Shown: piece by piece, positions 1 through 7,056 of the stretch
Layout of the letters: each line of letters starts with the position of its first letter
How positions within the stretch are numbered: the stretch's first letter is position 1
Assembly (NCBI GenBank): GCA_020632375.1
Contig: JACKFR010000004.1
Span: 1,921 to 65,920, forward strand
Direction of reading: 5' to 3'
From: Candidatus Nomurabacteria bacterium
GTDB lineage: Bacteria; Patescibacteriota; Dojkabacteria; SC72; JAHDCA01
Length of the DNA: 64,000 nt
Notes under the pieces: model-generated
The model's database searches: none
What the model was told of the DNA's origin: nothing
Seen by the model: the letters and a program-made list of their open reading frames with translations, nothing else
Position numbers and translations under genes: made by a program

Positions 1-77
1 CTTATTTATCAGCATGAATGAAATACTTCATTCAATCATTGAGCTGACTAAAATTTGTTTGAAATTTCTACCTGTAC

Positions 78-171
78 GAAAATGTAGTAGAAAAATGACT
101 GAATTTTATAGCTTGGAGACTATAGCGAGGACACTATATTTTAACTTTTATCTAAACTCTGAAAATGACTG
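78..171. repeat. Iteron-like direct repeats with a GAAAATG core; the 10-mer AAAATGACTG occurs at 92-101 and 162-171
   Basis: Read directly: GAAAATG at 78-84 and 161-167, GAAAAATG at 90-97. The 10-mer AAAATGACTG is repeated 70 bp apart, upstream of the RepO-like gene. Confidence 0.35.
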
Positions 172-266
172 TAAATACGATATAAAGGAGAGATTCTAAA
201 AGCTTACCAATCGTCAAAAAATTAGCATGAAATTAGAACTCAGGCGATAATAAAGATAGAAAAAAA

Positions 267-348
267 GAATCACCTGCAAACAGTGGACGGGCATCCAAAC
301 AGTAGGAGGTGATTCAATATAGATTATAACAAATAAAGCTTCCTACTG
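267..348. repeat. Two overlapping, mutually exclusive inverted repeats with an internal direct repeat; possible origin or regulatory structure of the element
   Basis: GAATCACCT (267-275) pairs with AGGTGATTC (307-315) as a perfect 9-bp inverted repeat with a 31-nt spacer. The spacer contains CAAACAGT twice (277-284, 296-303). CAGTAGGA (300-307) pairs with TCCTACTG (341-348). Confidence 0.6.
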
Positions 349-368
349 GGCTTGATTAAATATTGCTT

Positions 369-950
369 ATGCAGTCAGTAGGAGAAATATTACAAACAGA
401 ACAATTCAAAGGAAATTTAAAAGACCTTTCGAAGCCAAATTTCAAAGAAGTTTCTAAACTTCCATTTCTCAAACTCCCACTCCTCATTGAAAATCTCATC
501 TTCTTTGACACTCAGATAACTAAACGACAGATAAAAATTCTCCTGTTCATAATGCGATTCTCATTCGGTTGTAAGAAGGCTACAGCGTATCTAAAACTAA
601 CTGATTTCTACAAGATAGGATTTTACTCGGGTGACATAACAAAAGAGCTTACAAAGCTAATTGAGAAACAATATATCGGTTGGAATAAGGCCAATGAAGA
701 AATGTGGATAAACCGGAGATTGCTTAGTAAGTTACTAGCAAAAGATGAAGAATTTGCTAGTGAAATACTTCGTAGAAATCTAGTAAGTCACTTCCAAAAG
801 AAGAAGTATTCTACTAGCACCGATGATCAACTAGCTACCGATACAAAAGGCAAATCAGACCCCTATAGATATAAACAGATAAATATAGATAGTAGTAATA
901 GATATCAAAGTGACTTTGTGGATAAGTTGAAAAATGAGGTCAAGCCATGA
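369..950 (+). CDS. Phage replication protein O-like (N-terminal winged-helix) protein
   Basis: The segment FLKLPLLIENLIFFDTQITKRQIKILLFIMRFSFGCKKATAYLKLTDFYKIGFYSGDITKELTKLIEKQYI follows the pattern of the Phage_rep_O N-terminal domain (xLxxLLxIxRxTxGxxKxxxxISxxxxxxxTGxxxxxVxxALxxLxxxxxI). The ATG at 369 is preferred over the TTG at 363. The stop overlaps the next ATG (ATGA at 947-950). Confidence 0.45.
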   Translation: MQSVGEILQTEQFKGNLKDLSKPNFKEVSKLPFLKLPLLIENLIFFDTQITKRQIKILLFIMRFSFGCKKATAYLKLTDFYKIGFYSGDITKELTKLIEKQYIGWNKANEEMWINRRLLSKLLAKDEEFASEILRRNLVSHFQKKKYSTSTDDQLATDTKGKSDPYRYKQINIDSSNRYQSDFVDKLKNEVKP

Positions 951-1168
951 ACCAGCCTATTCAACTATCCGAAATCGAAATACAGGAATTCATTAAAACT
1001 CATAAAAAGGTAACTGGTGAGACTTTAGACTATGAGAAAGCAAAAAGACAGGCTACTAAGCTAATGAAACTTATGATTTTAGCGGTGTCAAAAGTACCAA
1101 AATCTGATAAAAAGAAAGTGGACACAACTAATAAATCGCAATTACGAGCCTTTCCATTTAAGGATTAG
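947..1168 (+). CDS. Hypothetical small basic protein (73 aa), translationally coupled to the RepO-like gene
   Basis: ATGA start/stop overlap with the upstream gene. Lys-rich, with no motif I recognise. Confidence 0.5.
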   Translation: MNQPIQLSEIEIQEFIKTHKKVTGETLDYEKAKRQATKLMKLMILAVSKVPKSDKKKVDTTNKSQLRAFPFKD

Positions 1169-1174
1169 ATGGAT

Positions 1175-1234
1175 AAAAGGGGGATTCGTACAATTTCGTT
1201 TTTGCGAAGTTGTGTCCAACGAGTTCCCCTTTTT
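1175..1234 (+). repeat. Nested hairpin between the 73-aa ORF and the recombinase start; terminator-like, or a recombinase or regulator binding site
   Basis: The outer arms AAAAGGGG(G)A (1175-1184) and TTCCCCTTTTT (1224-1234) enclose an inner hairpin ACAATTTCG (1190-1198) / CGAAGTTGT (1205-1213). The inner hairpin is 9 bp with one G-U pair and a 6-nt loop. A T-run follows. Confidence 0.5.
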
Positions 1235-1261
1235 GTTTATCTAAATTCATAATAAAACAAC

Positions 1262-2934
1262 ATGGAAAAACTAAACATCTCATACAATCGTAAGTCAACA
1301 GAAGATAAAGGCAGGCAAGCCCAATCAATAGAAGACCAGAGAAAATCAACAAACAAACTGCTAAACAACTTGGCTTTAAGATAGATCATGAATTCATAGA
1401 CGAAAAAACAGCACTTGAACCGTATGTCAGAGATGGTTTTCTCGAAATGACTAAACTAATCAATGAAGGCAAAGTAGATAATCTATTTTGTTGGAAACTG
1501 GATAGACTAGCTAGAAACCCAATAGAAGCAGGAATTGTTACCCATTTACTCCAAACTCGAAAAATATCTTCAATCGTTACACCAAACAAAACCTTCTATC
1601 CAGAAGACAATGCAATACTTACAGCAGTAGAATTTGGAATGGCGAATCAATACAGCCGAGATTTGAGGGGAAATGTACTCAGAGGGCTTAAAAGCAAACG
1701 AGAAAAAGGCTGGATGCCTAACTATGCCCCTAATGGCTATCTAAACGAACGATATAACGAAAAAGGACTCAATAGAATACTTGAAGATCCTAAACGTTTT
1801 AAACCTATTCAGAAGCTTTGGAAATTAGCTTTAACAGGTAACTACAGCATTGCTGATCTAGCAGATATCATAAACAACGAATACAAGGTTAAAACAAAAG
1901 GAGGAAAAGAGTTTTCAAAATCTACACTTCATCGAATGTTTAATAATCCGTTCTATTACGGCTATTTCAAAAACAAGGATACTTATGTCAAAGGAAAGCA
2001 TAAGCCAATGGTTACAAAGAAAGAATTTGATGAACTCCAATCAATATTTAATGCTCACAACGGCAGACCGCAGGATTCAAAAGCAGAAAACAAATACAAT
2101 GGACTTATTAAATGTGGTGAATGTGGCTATACAGTTATTCCAGAACCACTCAAATACAAGAAAATTAAATCTACAGGAGAAACAAAATCATACAAATATT
2201 GGCACTGTTCGCATAAGTCAAAAGCCATTGATTGTAAGCAGAAATCTATCAATGAATCCGAACTCGAAAATCAGATGAACGAGTTTCTATCTAGTCTTGA
2301 AATTGACGAAGCTTACATTGAATGGGGGATGAAATTTGTAGAGCATCATCTTGATGAAGATATAAAGGAACGAAAGAACTTACAACGCAAATACAAAAAA
2401 CTACTTACTGAAACAACTGATGAGCTTGATTCACTTGTAAAGCTAATGATTAGCAAAGGCAACAAAGATCATTCACTACTCACTGAACAGGAATTCGAAA
2501 AACAAAAACTAGATCTATCCTACAAAAGAGATGAAATAACCCAGCAACTTAAAGATTTAAACAAAAGACAAGACCACATAATCAACGAAGTTAGAACCAA
2601 CCTTGAGTTCTGTACAAACTTAATAAATAGGTTTAATGATGGGTCAATTGATGACAAAAGAGAGATACTTCTCAATTTGGGTCGAACCGTAGATCTAAGA
2701 GATAAAATACTTAGTATAAAGCCTGAAATCCCGTTTAAGTCTATGCAAAAAGTCAAAAAGTTTACAACCACCTATCCGAAGTGGGTCGAACTAAATCCGA
2801 GCCTAGATAACAATGAAAATGAAGCGTTAGCGACTGTCAGTCGATTCTGGCGGAGAGACAGGGATTCCCCGCCGCCCGTTGTGCAGCGGGACAAGCTCAC
2901 TTATCTCTTGCTTCGCAAGAAGGGTTCTCATTAG
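1262..2934 (+). pseudogene. Large serine recombinase (resolvase domain, recombinase domain, zinc ribbon and coiled coil) interrupted by a 1-nt frameshift near 1340-1347
   Basis: Frame 2 from the ATG at 1262 gives MEKLNISYNRKSTEDKGRQAQSIEDQRK..., with the catalytic Y-x-R-x-S and SIExQ motifs, and stops at 1382-1384. Frame 1 is open from 1309 and continues ...EKINKQTAKQLGFKIDHEFIDEKTALEPYVRDGFLEMTKLINEGKVDNLFCWKLDRLARN, which is the rest of the resolvase domain. Next come the recombinase domain (YAPNGYLNERY), the zinc ribbon (CGECGYTV...YWHCSH...DC) and a coiled coil. The last ~28 codons read through a tRNA-Ser 3' fragment. Confidence 0.8.
2850..2866. repeat. 17-bp perfect direct repeat of the tRNA-Ser 3' end (att-like core); the second copy is at 2983-2999
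   Basis: CGGAGAGACAGGGATTC occurs at 2850-2866 and at 2983-2999. The sequences flanking the two copies differ on both sides. Confidence 0.9.
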
Positions 2935-2953
2935 ACACAGGTATACTAAAAAC

Positions 2954-2976
2954 CCCGACATAAAGTCGGGATTTTT
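2954..2976. terminator. Bidirectional rho-independent terminator between the recombinase stop and the tRNA-Ser 3' end
   Basis: CCCGAC (2954-2959), loop ATAAA, GTCGGG (2965-2970), then ATTTTT on the + strand. An A-run precedes the stem, so the minus strand also reads as a hairpin followed by a T-run. Confidence 0.6.
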
Positions 2977-2982
2977 AGTATA

Positions 2983-3069
2983 CGGAGAGACAGGGATTCG
3001 AACCCTGGGTCCCGTTTCCGGGACGCACGCACTCCAAGCGTGTCCGTTCGACCACTCCGGCATCTCTCC
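2983..3069 (-). tRNA. tRNA-Ser (anticodon GGA), class II with a long variable arm; no encoded CCA
   Basis: The reverse complement folds by hand as follows. Acceptor stem: GGAGAGA/TCTCTCC. D arm: CCG-AGTGGTCGAA-CGG. Anticodon stem: CACGC/GCGTG. Anticodon loop: TTGGAGT. Variable arm: CCCGGAAACGGG. T arm: CAGGG-TTCGAAT-CCCTG. Discriminator: G. Confidence 0.95.
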
Positions 3070-3134
3070 ATGGCAGATATTTTAGCAGAAAAAGCTTAGC
3101 CGATTAAATTGAAACATGGCTTGAAGGAGAGAAT

Positions 3135-3253
3135 TACTCAAATAACGACAGTACAAACTCAAGTTTACTCAAGTTGATATGTCCTATAGGGGTTATTATA
3201 CGCCTAATAAGTTGATATCAGGTTTTTAATGATGAGTCCTATAGTACCCCTAT
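3135..3253 (+). promoter_or_regulatory. Promoter-like region with clustered repeats upstream of, and overlapping, the start of the orphan gene pair
   Basis: TTGATA (3174-3179), a 17-nt spacer, then TATACG (3197-3202). Tandem ACTCAAGTT at 3157-3165 and 3167-3175. AAGTTGATAT at 3171-3180 and 3209-3218. GTCCTATAG at 3181-3189 and 3236-3244. CCTATAGG (3183-3190) is a perfect palindrome. ATAGGGGT (3186-3193) is inverted to ACCCCTAT (3246-3253). Confidence 0.4.
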
Positions 3254-3798
3254 GTGAGAACCGCGTGGCCTTAATGAAAAATTGTGTACTCACTCCTTGG
3301 CTCAATGTAATACGAGTTGCTTTGCAGAATGATCTTTATTCTGCGATAACAGTAATTAATGTAGATGGGCCGCCTGGTGAAGTATTGTCTGCACTAACTT
3401 TTTGTTCCACTTTGCTCGGGAGCGATCCTCTACCTGAATCTTCACCTGGTGTAAATTTAGATATCGCAATGAGAGTTTCTTTTTCTCCAGAAATTATCCA
3501 ACAGCATCTTGCTGCGTTTGCCGAGGTCGATCAGGAAGCAGCAGATGTTTTATTGCCTAGTCTTCCTGATATCGTGGATACTTTAGGAAAGATTCGAGAC
3601 GGAGTAAACAGATCTTCATTAATCAATCCAGATCTGTTTGATTTGGCTATGCTTGAAGAAACAATTTTGTATATGGCTATAAAGCCCGAAGATATATTAG
3701 AAAGACTGGTCCTATGCAGTAACTTTGAGGATGCTTCTGATCTAATCAATGATGCGGTCGAAAAATATATTTCAAGTTTTGAAGGTCAAGTCAAATGA
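3229..3798 (+). CDS. Orphan acidic, Lys-poor cytoplasmic protein (189 aa), unknown function
   Basis: Long ORF in AT-rich DNA. No TM segment or signal peptide. Only 5 Lys in 189 aa by my count. The stop overlaps the next start (ATGA at 3795-3798). The start is uncertain: M1, M2 or M16. Confidence 0.7.
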   Translation: MMSPIVPLCENRVALMKNCVLTPWLNVIRVALQNDLYSAITVINVDGPPGEVLSALTFCSTLLGSDPLPESSPGVNLDIAMRVSFSPEIIQQHLAAFAEVDQEAADVLLPSLPDIVDTLGKIRDGVNRSSLINPDLFDLAMLEETILYMAIKPEDILERLVLCSNFEDASDLINDAVEKYISSFEGQVK

Positions 3799-4985
3799 AA
3801 ACACCTTTAAATGCTGAATATAATAATCAGTTGGCTCAACTGCACCCTGGTGAGAATATACAATTCTCTAATGGGAGTAGTATATTTACAATATCTGATT
3901 TGGGGAGTGATGCCTTTCCTCCCGAGTTAGTTAAAGCGGCTAAAGAAAACGAGCTTAGCCCACTTACTATAGAGGTTGCTGCTTGGGATCCGTCATTGAG
4001 AGGAAGATTGGAACGGTTGGGTAACATCTACTCGGAGGGGGATTCTACCTATGTTGTCATTGAGTCTGGGGTTTTAGGGGTCGTTTGGGCAGGATATCTT
4101 GAAGAAGGTAGTATAAAGCTATTACCTCGGTCGTACATGCCAGATTTGCCGGGTATTTCGGTTCCATTTGTCACGGAAGTAGAGAAAGAAGACCTAATTT
4201 TAAATTTGATGTTACTTCTTAAAAAGCTTGGTGATGGCTCTGAACTATCTAGAATTCCGGATTCATCGATTGAACTGGGTGACCCGATCTATCAAAGGCT
4301 TTTTTCTGGGGGCTCTGCATCTGGATTGGTCGGAGCACCGATATATGTAGATTTTATGACTGGCATACCTGACAGGTTGCTTTTGCAATCAGCTGATAAA
4401 AGTAGTTTAGAATATTTTGAGAAAGCATCGGAGGATTTCATTCGGGCACTTGTTTGCAATATCAGATATATCTTCAAAGTTAACCCTAATACAGCTGGTC
4501 TTTTACGTCAAGCTGTGCAGGTCTCTCGCGAATGGGATGAAGCAACTATTTCGGGGCCTCCTGCATTAATGAATATGTTTAGTAAGGAATTAACGTCTCT
4601 CAGTAATTGCATTGCTTTTGGAAGAGCAAGCTTTCGAGAGATTAATAAAGTATTACAAGTTGTCCAGACTGAGATGGCAAAGTTAGCAATTAATATATAT
4701 GATTCTGAAGATCCTGAGGGAAAGCGGTCTCAAATACGAATTCTTCGAAAAAAGTGTGCGGATCTACTATTTGATGAGTTTTTACGTATAGCTAGGCGAA
4801 AAGGAATTAATGAAAATGTAGATGGAAAAGAGATCTACTCGATCAAAAATAAGGGGATTTTCACTACTAGGCTGATTAAGTATATAGAGACAGATCCGAA
4901 ACTTGTAGAGCTTGCAATTCTCTGGACGTTTGCATCGGGAGATAGCGATTTATTAACTGACCTTAATGCGACATTACGATATTAG
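3795..4985 (+). CDS. Orphan protein (396 aa), unknown function, translationally coupled to the 189-aa ORF
   Basis: Uninterrupted 1.19-kb ORF with an ATGA overlap to the upstream gene. I recognise no TM segment, signal peptide or catalytic motif. Confidence 0.8.
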   Translation: MKTPLNAEYNNQLAQLHPGENIQFSNGSSIFTISDLGSDAFPPELVKAAKENELSPLTIEVAAWDPSLRGRLERLGNIYSEGDSTYVVIESGVLGVVWAGYLEEGSIKLLPRSYMPDLPGISVPFVTEVEKEDLILNLMLLLKKLGDGSELSRIPDSSIELGDPIYQRLFSGGSASGLVGAPIYVDFMTGIPDRLLLQSADKSSLEYFEKASEDFIRALVCNIRYIFKVNPNTAGLLRQAVQVSREWDEATISGPPALMNMFSKELTSLSNCIAFGRASFREINKVLQVVQTEMAKLAINIYDSEDPEGKRSQIRILRKKCADLLFDEFLRIARRKGINENVDGKEIYSIKNKGIFTTRLIKYIETDPKLVELAILWTFASGDSDLLTDLNATLRY

Positions 4986-5014
4986 CCGCCCTCCAGGACG
5001 TTTCAAGCCGAAAT

Positions 5015-7051
5015 CTAGTTCGTTGGCTCAACTACTTGTGGTTCAACCTCTTTCACTGTTATCAAGATTCTCCCTTGTCTATTTGGGAAGTACCTGAGAC
5101 TTTTCGGGAAATAGTCAGGTAAGAACTCTACTTCGGTATTTTGCGCAACAAAAGATAGGTCTCCGAGGTACTTGATTCCGTCATCCCAGTTTTTTCCACT
5201 CAAATCTTTTGCGATAAGCTCTTTGTCAACAGTAGGTTTTACTGCACCGGAAGCAGTAATGGTTACTTTTACAGTAGATCCTTTTACGCTTTTTACTTTT
5301 ACTGAAGTCACAATATCTTTATCAAGCTTGAGATCAAGATCTTTACTGCTTTCAAATAGATTCTCATCTTGAGCTGCTTTCAGAAGCAATTCATCAGCGT
5401 TATCTAAAAGGTCTTTTTTATTGTAATAAAGTGCTGTTGAGCTTGTCTTTGCGGTTACGTTGACAATGTCTACTTCTGCACCTGAAGGAAAGTCTGAGCT
5501 GATTGTGGGGTTGTCGCCAGCCTTGATTGTTGATTCAATTATTTCCCACTCGTCATTGCTCAACTCTTTTAGCTTGTTTTCTGCATCTTTTGCTGCAGCT
5601 TCTTTAATCTTTTCTGCGAGGTTGTTTATATCTGACTGAGTTATTACTGTAAAAGTCTCTTTTGAGCCTCCGGAGAAAGAAGCAGAGTCGTTTACTGCGT
5701 TGATTTCATCGATAGTATAGCCAGCAACACTGAATGCGGTGCCTGATGCGAGATTGTATTCTTCACCAACATCTGCGGCTTCGACTGTTGCTTCAGTTGT
5801 TGTAGGGCATTCTAGGCTTACATCTGACACTATTGTATAGGAGAGATTGTCTTCGCTCGCGATCGCTGTACCAGCAGCTATCTGAGTTGCGCCATCTAAA
5901 AAACACTTTACCGTTACAATCCCACCCGCCTTTGTTCCACGTGAACCTACTCCAGTCGCAGCAGCGCTATCAGATGTTTCATCTGAAATTGTTTCCTTCT
6001 TTACGCGGAGTTTAGAGCCTTCAAGACTAAACTCTGTTGTACTTGGATCACCTGTAAAGACTTCTTTTGCTGCAACAGGTCTGCTTTCGATAAATATATT
6101 TACCTTAACTAACGGTGCATATGTATATACTGCCCAGAGAGAAGCAGCTGTTATAACTAAAAGTGGAAGCACAAACAGTAATAAGATTTTTTTACCGTTC
6201 ATCTTTTTGAATATATTCAGACTCATTTTGATCTTCGGTTTATCTGGAGATTTTCTATCAGTTGGAATAGGGCTGAAGTGCTTGGTTTTCATTGCATTCT
6301 GTTCGGTTGTGTGAGGGTTGGAAGTAAAGACTTCTCTTGGGGCTTCTGGCTTGAAGTTTTTACCGACCAAGCTTTCGTTTGAAGAGGAGTCGTGAGTCGA
6401 AGTCTTAGCCATCATACCTTTATCTTCTGTCTGGTTTGGGGGCACTTCTGAATCTTCTTCAATATCGTGGTCAAGAGCTATGAGCATACCGTCTTGTTCG
6501 ATAGTTTTTGATTTTATGTGTTGTAGTTCACTTTTAGATTTTGCTAATACGTCTTCAATTTTCTTTTGGAATGCTGAGATAGGTTTATCCGGTTCTTTGT
6601 TTTCGTTTTTATCATTAGGTTGATTACCTTCTTCAGAGGGTGATTCTGTTGCTGGAGTTTGCGGGATAATAACCGAACCAGCTTTCTGATTTACACCTTT
6701 CAAGACTCTTTCACGGTCACGACGTCGGGCATCTAATGAACTCTCTATATCCTGCCACATTTGTTCGGTAATATTTCCAAGAGATTCTAGTATTGTAACA
6801 GAGGCTTTTTCAGCATTTCGAATACCTGCAGGATTTTGGATAATTTGAAAAACCAGGGCTTTATTTTCTTCATCGGCAGTTTCTTGCAAGACCTTGAAGT
6901 TAACAGGACTGATTAGAAGATCGCTTTCTTCTGCAAATACAACAATTAGTCTATTTTCTTTAGAATTTTTGATCTCACGAACAATATCGATGAGTTCTTG
7001 GTTTTGTTGAACGACTATTTTTTTGTAGCTGTTATTCTTTCCGTCAGGCAT
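5015..7051 (-). CDS. Bitopic membrane protein: small cytoplasmic N-domain, long polar linker, one TM segment and a large beta-rich extracytoplasmic domain
   Basis: TM segment ILLLFVLPLLVITAASLWAVYTY. The extracytoplasmic part (…ATGVGSRGTKAGGIVTVKCFLDGATQIAAGTAIAS…) resembles proteins often annotated as baseplate-J-like in CPR genomes; this comes from memory and is unverified. Located immediately downstream of the FtsA/PilM-like gene. Confidence 0.5.
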   Translation of the reverse strand: MPDGKNNSYKKIVVQQNQELIDIVREIKNSKENRLIVVFAEESDLLISPVNFKVLQETADEENKALVFQIIQNPAGIRNAEKASVTILESLGNITEQMWQDIESSLDARRRDRERVLKGVNQKAGSVIIPQTPATESPSEEGNQPNDKNENKEPDKPISAFQKKIEDVLAKSKSELQHIKSKTIEQDGMLIALDHDIEEDSEVPPNQTEDKGMMAKTSTHDSSSNESLVGKNFKPEAPREVFTSNPHTTEQNAMKTKHFSPIPTDRKSPDKPKIKMSLNIFKKMNGKKILLLFVLPLLVITAASLWAVYTYAPLVKVNIFIESRPVAAKEVFTGDPSTTEFSLEGSKLRVKKETISDETSDSAAATGVGSRGTKAGGIVTVKCFLDGATQIAAGTAIASEDNLSYTIVSDVSLECPTTTEATVEAADVGEEYNLASGTAFSVAGYTIDEINAVNDSASFSGGSKETFTVITQSDINNLAEKIKEAAAKDAENKLKELSNDEWEIIESTIKAGDNPTISSDFPSGAEVDIVNVTAKTSSTALYYNKKDLLDNADELLLKAAQDENLFESSKDLDLKLDKDIVTSVKVKSVKGSTVKVTITASGAVKPTVDKELIAKDLSGKNWDDGIKYLGDLSFVAQNTEVEFLPDYFPKSLRYFPNRQGRILITVKEVEPQVVEPTN

Positions 7052-7056
7052 TGTTT

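Noticed and set aside
14-199. A 61-aa ORF at the window edge.
   Set aside because: It has no supporting features and overlaps the iteron-like repeats. It is more likely non-coding control sequence.
304-312. AGGAGGTGA as the ribosome-binding site of an unannotated gene.
   Set aside because: No ATG, GTG or TTG in a usable frame follows within ~15 nt. The sequence is one arm of a perfect inverted repeat, so I treated it as part of a structure instead.
2827-3085. ORFs of 78 aa (-) and 68 aa (+) spanning the tRNA-Ser.
   Set aside because: They are translations of the tRNA gene and terminator, and the region is explained by the tRNA cloverleaf.
3229-4985. Claiming the orphan pair is a compositional (GC) island.
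   Set aside because: By eye the nucleotide composition is not clearly different from neighbouring core genes, and I cannot compute it. Only the amino-acid bias (low Lys) is directly supported.
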